46,427 nucleotides of DNA. Source: Bugula neritina. Taxonomy: Eukaryota; Animalia; Bryozoa. The DNA lies in contig CAXIUT010000025.1 of assembly GCA_964035545.1 (NCBI GenBank), positions 1 to 46,427 of the forward strand. The letters are read 5' to 3'. A model generated the notes under the pieces. The model ran no database searches. It saw nothing but the letters and a program-made list of their open reading frames with translations, and was not told where the DNA came from. The position numbers were made by a program, and so were the translations under genes. This document shows, one piece after another, positions 41,316-46,427 of this stretch (its first letter is position 1; each line of letters opens with the position of its first letter).

Positions 41316-42608
41316 ATGAATGAGCAACATGTGAAATCAAGGATGGGTCATAATGCTAAAAATTTAAGATATGTTTCAAGAGCAGAAGTCTTCCTACAAA
41401 AAAGAAAGACATATGACCAGCTAGACTACCTCAATTATTATTAACCACTCACTCGAGAAGCCATTTTGTTTTCAATGCAATCACCAATACCCTAATAACC
41501 TCCACCTCTCCACCCCACAACCATGTCCTACTATCGAAGAAAATCACTTCCTGTTTATGTAACTCGTGTCCAAGGTAGCAGTGAACTCGACGGACATCTC
41601 ACTTATTAATCTTTATGGATATTAAGTAGTCTTGATGAAAAAAACTTCTAGGATTATGTAAGTGTAGTAAAGGAATTCTAAAGAGACCTTGGCAGTTATT
41701 TGTCAGCCAAATCAGGAGATATCCGCTAGATGGCCATGATCGCTGCTGGAAATAAGATAATAGGCAAATAATCATAGATCCTAAAGATTGTATAAAATGA
41801 TAGTCGACAGATGTGGATTTTATCCAATCATGTCTACTAAGATAAAATTCCCTTCACTCGTCTATTTCCTTTTCTAACTAACTAACAGTAGCTGGCTTTT
41901 CAAACTGTATATTAACTGACTATGCTCTACTAATATGAGGTATGCGAAGCAATTATGGCTGAATAGTGGATCGTAAGTCGAGTTCTGACTGCTTTGAATG
42001 CCTAGAATTAAAGAATAAGGAAGTATGCTATCAGAATAATAGGGAATATCATTGCTGGAAGATAGTAGTATTTGGTAAAAATTATGTAATCTAATTTAAT
42101 GGAAACAATTTTGGTGAATTTGAATTGTTCTAATAGTTAGATTCGTCGAGATATATGTTGGTTGTTATCAAATATCTGTACAAGGAAATCATCAGCTAAT
42201 AATGTTCTAGGAAATACAAGAGTGATAGGTAAGTTGGTAGAATTATTTGCTTATGAGGTAGTAGTATCAATCAAGAAGGAATTAACCTATATATTTTGTT
42301 ATATTGCCCATTACGGCTAAAAGAAAGAAGGTTTGGTGTTGCTGGGACATCCTAATGTCTTGTAGATATGTTATAATCAACTATGTTTGGAAGATACTGA
42401 TTTGAATATGGTGACTTTGTTGTTACTGAAGGAGATGATCGAACTAGGAGATCATTTTCGGTGTGAGGAGTAAGGTAATATGGTGGTGAGGTTGATGCTA
42501 CAGGGTAGATCACTTGAAAGTGAGATTTCTAAGAAGAGTTATTCTGAGAATAATGATGTGAGTAGTATTAGTTTGGAGATATTGAATTTTTTGGAAGATG
42601 ATTAGTGA
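41316..42608 (+). CDS. Divergent importin-alpha-like ARM-repeat protein (430 aa)
   Basis: ARM motifs YESLWILSS, MWILSN, AIRIIGNIIAG, IRRDICWLLSNICT, IKKELTYIF; intronless. Confidence 0.72.
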
Positions 42609-42646
42609 TTAATTATGTTCTATTTCAACATATATTATATAGTTTT

Positions 42647-43411
42647 ATGAATTCTAGTCGCAAACTTTAAGTAAATAATAAGAGCATCGTAAAATCTCCC
42701 AAAGAAGAACACATGGATACCTACAGTCTTCCCTACAACAAAACTATCAAGGCTGTTTCATACTACAATCGAAAAAAGATGGAACTCAAAAGTAAAAATT
42801 TTATGTATAACTCAAGAAAAGAAATATAACAAAGCGAAAAGAAGAGTTTTGATAGTAAGGCCTAAATGTAGTTTATGAATTAAAGAGGCTTTGCCAATAT
42901 GGTAACTGAAGTAAGCGTGCAACCAGTTATCAATGATAATCAGTTTACTAATTTCAATCCTGAGAAATATCCATTGAAAGAGGATTAGAAGGTGAAAGTT
43001 GTAGAATAAAAGTATTTTCCACTTCAAAACTATTATAATTATATTTGGGCTATGAAAAGTCAAGAAGAAATATTCAGATTAGCATAGGCTACTCAAAAGA
43101 AAGCCAATGAGGTGATATAAAGGAATAACAGAAGAAAACAGGGTAACTATGTTGAAGGCATTGATTTCGATGAGAGAAGAGGTCCTTTATAAAAATAGAA
43201 AATGAAAATCAAAGGAACTTATTAAAGTAAATTCAAAGCTGAAGGAAATCATCATTCAAGATAAAATTCTGTCAAAAGTAGTCAACTATTTCCTGTTCAT
43301 TTCGATTACATAGCAGAAGGATTCAATACAGGAAATACCTTTGGAGTAGTTAAGTAATGCTAACGCTAGAAAATATTATATTAGTCTGTGGCTAAGAATA
43401 GAAGGCAGTGA
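42647..43411 (+). CDS. Hypothetical protein (254 aa)
   Basis: Intronless ATG-TGA frame under TAR=Glu filling the gap between its neighbours; no recognised motif. Confidence 0.7.
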
Positions 43412-43452
43412 AGTTTTTATTGATGATGTTTATATGATTATAGAATGGAATA

Positions 43453-44430
43453 TCATTTAAGAGTGTTAGCTAGTTGATCAGCTGGAACTCTCATTATCTT
43501 TACAGCATTTCCTGCTCCTTATAGAGTTTAATCAGCTACACTTCCAGCTTATTATCCGTATTTTGCTCCTACAACTTTGCCAACTCCCTTAGCTACTCCA
43601 CTTCCGACTGAATATACTGCATCTACCACTCCTTCATAAATATTGGCTACAACTCCTGCTCCAGTTTTAGCACCTCGTTTGATTGCGTCATATTTAGGAT
43701 CTTATTTAAGTTCTTGTCCTTTTTATGATGACTAGAAGCGATCACCAACATCATTGGCTACCTTTTTACCAAATGTGAAAAGGTTTCCTACTTGTTATGA
43801 AGCAAATTTAAGAACATTACCTGTAGTTTTTGTTGCTAATTTTAAATTTTATTTAGTATTTTTACTAACTTATTTTTACTATTATTATTTTTTAACTTTA
43901 GTTGCAATAAATCCTCCGATATTTTATACTCCTTTGGATAACAATCCTCCTGTAAATTTAAGTCCTTTATTAAGTTGTTTAGATGCTTCTATAAAAAGAC
44001 TTTATTCTTATTTTTTCTAGCCTACATCCTAATCATCGTTTCTCATTTAAACTTTTCTATGTGATTATACTTTTTGAGGTTAGTTAGTAACTTTTTATAG
44101 TTTTATTTTTTATTTTTTATTTTTCATGTAGCATTTTTCTTATAAACATGAGAAAACAGCATCAGTATTTTCATTGATTTTGATAATCCACTGTCCATGT
44201 GGATATTTATTCAAGTACAAAACAAGTGAAAATTGTGGATCAGTATCATCATAGAGGAAAGTTTGTGATCCTTAGACAGAATATTAAAAGTTATTAAGTT
44301 TGAGAAGAAGCATTCCATCATAAGCCAGATGAACTTGTAATTTACCCGATGTAAAGAAGTTCATCTGATTGGATACAACGTCATAGATTACAGTTCCATT
44401 GCAGTTGACTATTTCTGTAAATGAGATCAT
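43453..44430 (-). CDS. Senescence-domain (spartin/ERD7 C-terminal type) protein (325 aa)
   Basis: Gly/Ala-rich amphipathic helices ending KVVGAKYGEEAGSVADETLEGAGNAVKI, typical of the senescence domain. Confidence 0.75.
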
Positions 44431-44641
44431 TTTTGAATAATGTTAGAAAATAAATATGTAGTTTATTATCATATGTTATATGAAGAATTCAAGTTTCTAG
44501 TTTAACAGAGATCTAGTTTGATATGATTTTTATTTGGATTGTTGTGATTGTATTGAGGAGTTCTGGGATCTTAAGAGTTATATTGGATTAATGTTATGTT
44601 TCAGCTGATTGATGGCTATGATTATAGTGATAAAAATTAAT

Positions 44642-46225
<1,584 letters not shown>

Positions 46226-46328
46226 TATCGTTTTCCTTATTAATAAATTCATCATAAATAAGTTAAATATCATTTTAATAGCTATTAAACAGAGCTAAAG
46301 TCATCTATGATAAATTTATTAGGATGAA

Positions 46329-46427
46329 GGGGTTGGGGTTGGGGTTGGGGTTGGGGTTGGGGTTGGGGTTGGGGTTGGGGTTGGGGTTGGGGTTGGGGTT
46401 GGGGTTGGGGTTGGGGTTGGGGTTGGG
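46329..46427. repeat. Right terminal telomere (TTGGGG)n
   Basis: Perfect G4T2 array at the contig end. Confidence 0.97.

Overview
AT-rich, very gene-dense eukaryotic DNA that reads as a ciliate macronuclear chromosome, capped by (CCCCAA)n at the left end and (TTGGGG)n at the right. The supplied ORF track is fragmented because TAA and TAG both encode Glu and only TGA is a stop (peritrich-type code, NCBI table 30). This was read from invariant Glu positions in Rpt6, two kinases, PheRS-beta and a USP. With that code I can build about 25 genes: ribophorin II/Swp1, Rpt6, PheRS-beta, a dynamin, an ERK7/MAPK15-like kinase, HTH, B-box, F-BAR and Vps72-like proteins, two USPs, TAF10, a C2CD3-like protein, a ~3270-aa coiled-coil protein with 24.5 near-identical 180-bp repeats, a small Tim, a Cys-rich surface protein, an alpha/beta hydrolase, an importin-alpha-like protein, a senescence-domain protein and a CDKL5-like kinase. 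I found 29 introns; 25 are exactly 20 nt and the rest 21-22 nt. Intergenic spacers are as short as 24 nt. Two internal ~95-100 bp (TTGGGG)n tracts (7184-7277, 38901-39001) each sit in frame at the end of a coding sequence. They are either genuine interstitial telomere insertions/fusions or chimeric joins. All gene models are hand translations and family calls come from motif recognition, not database searches.
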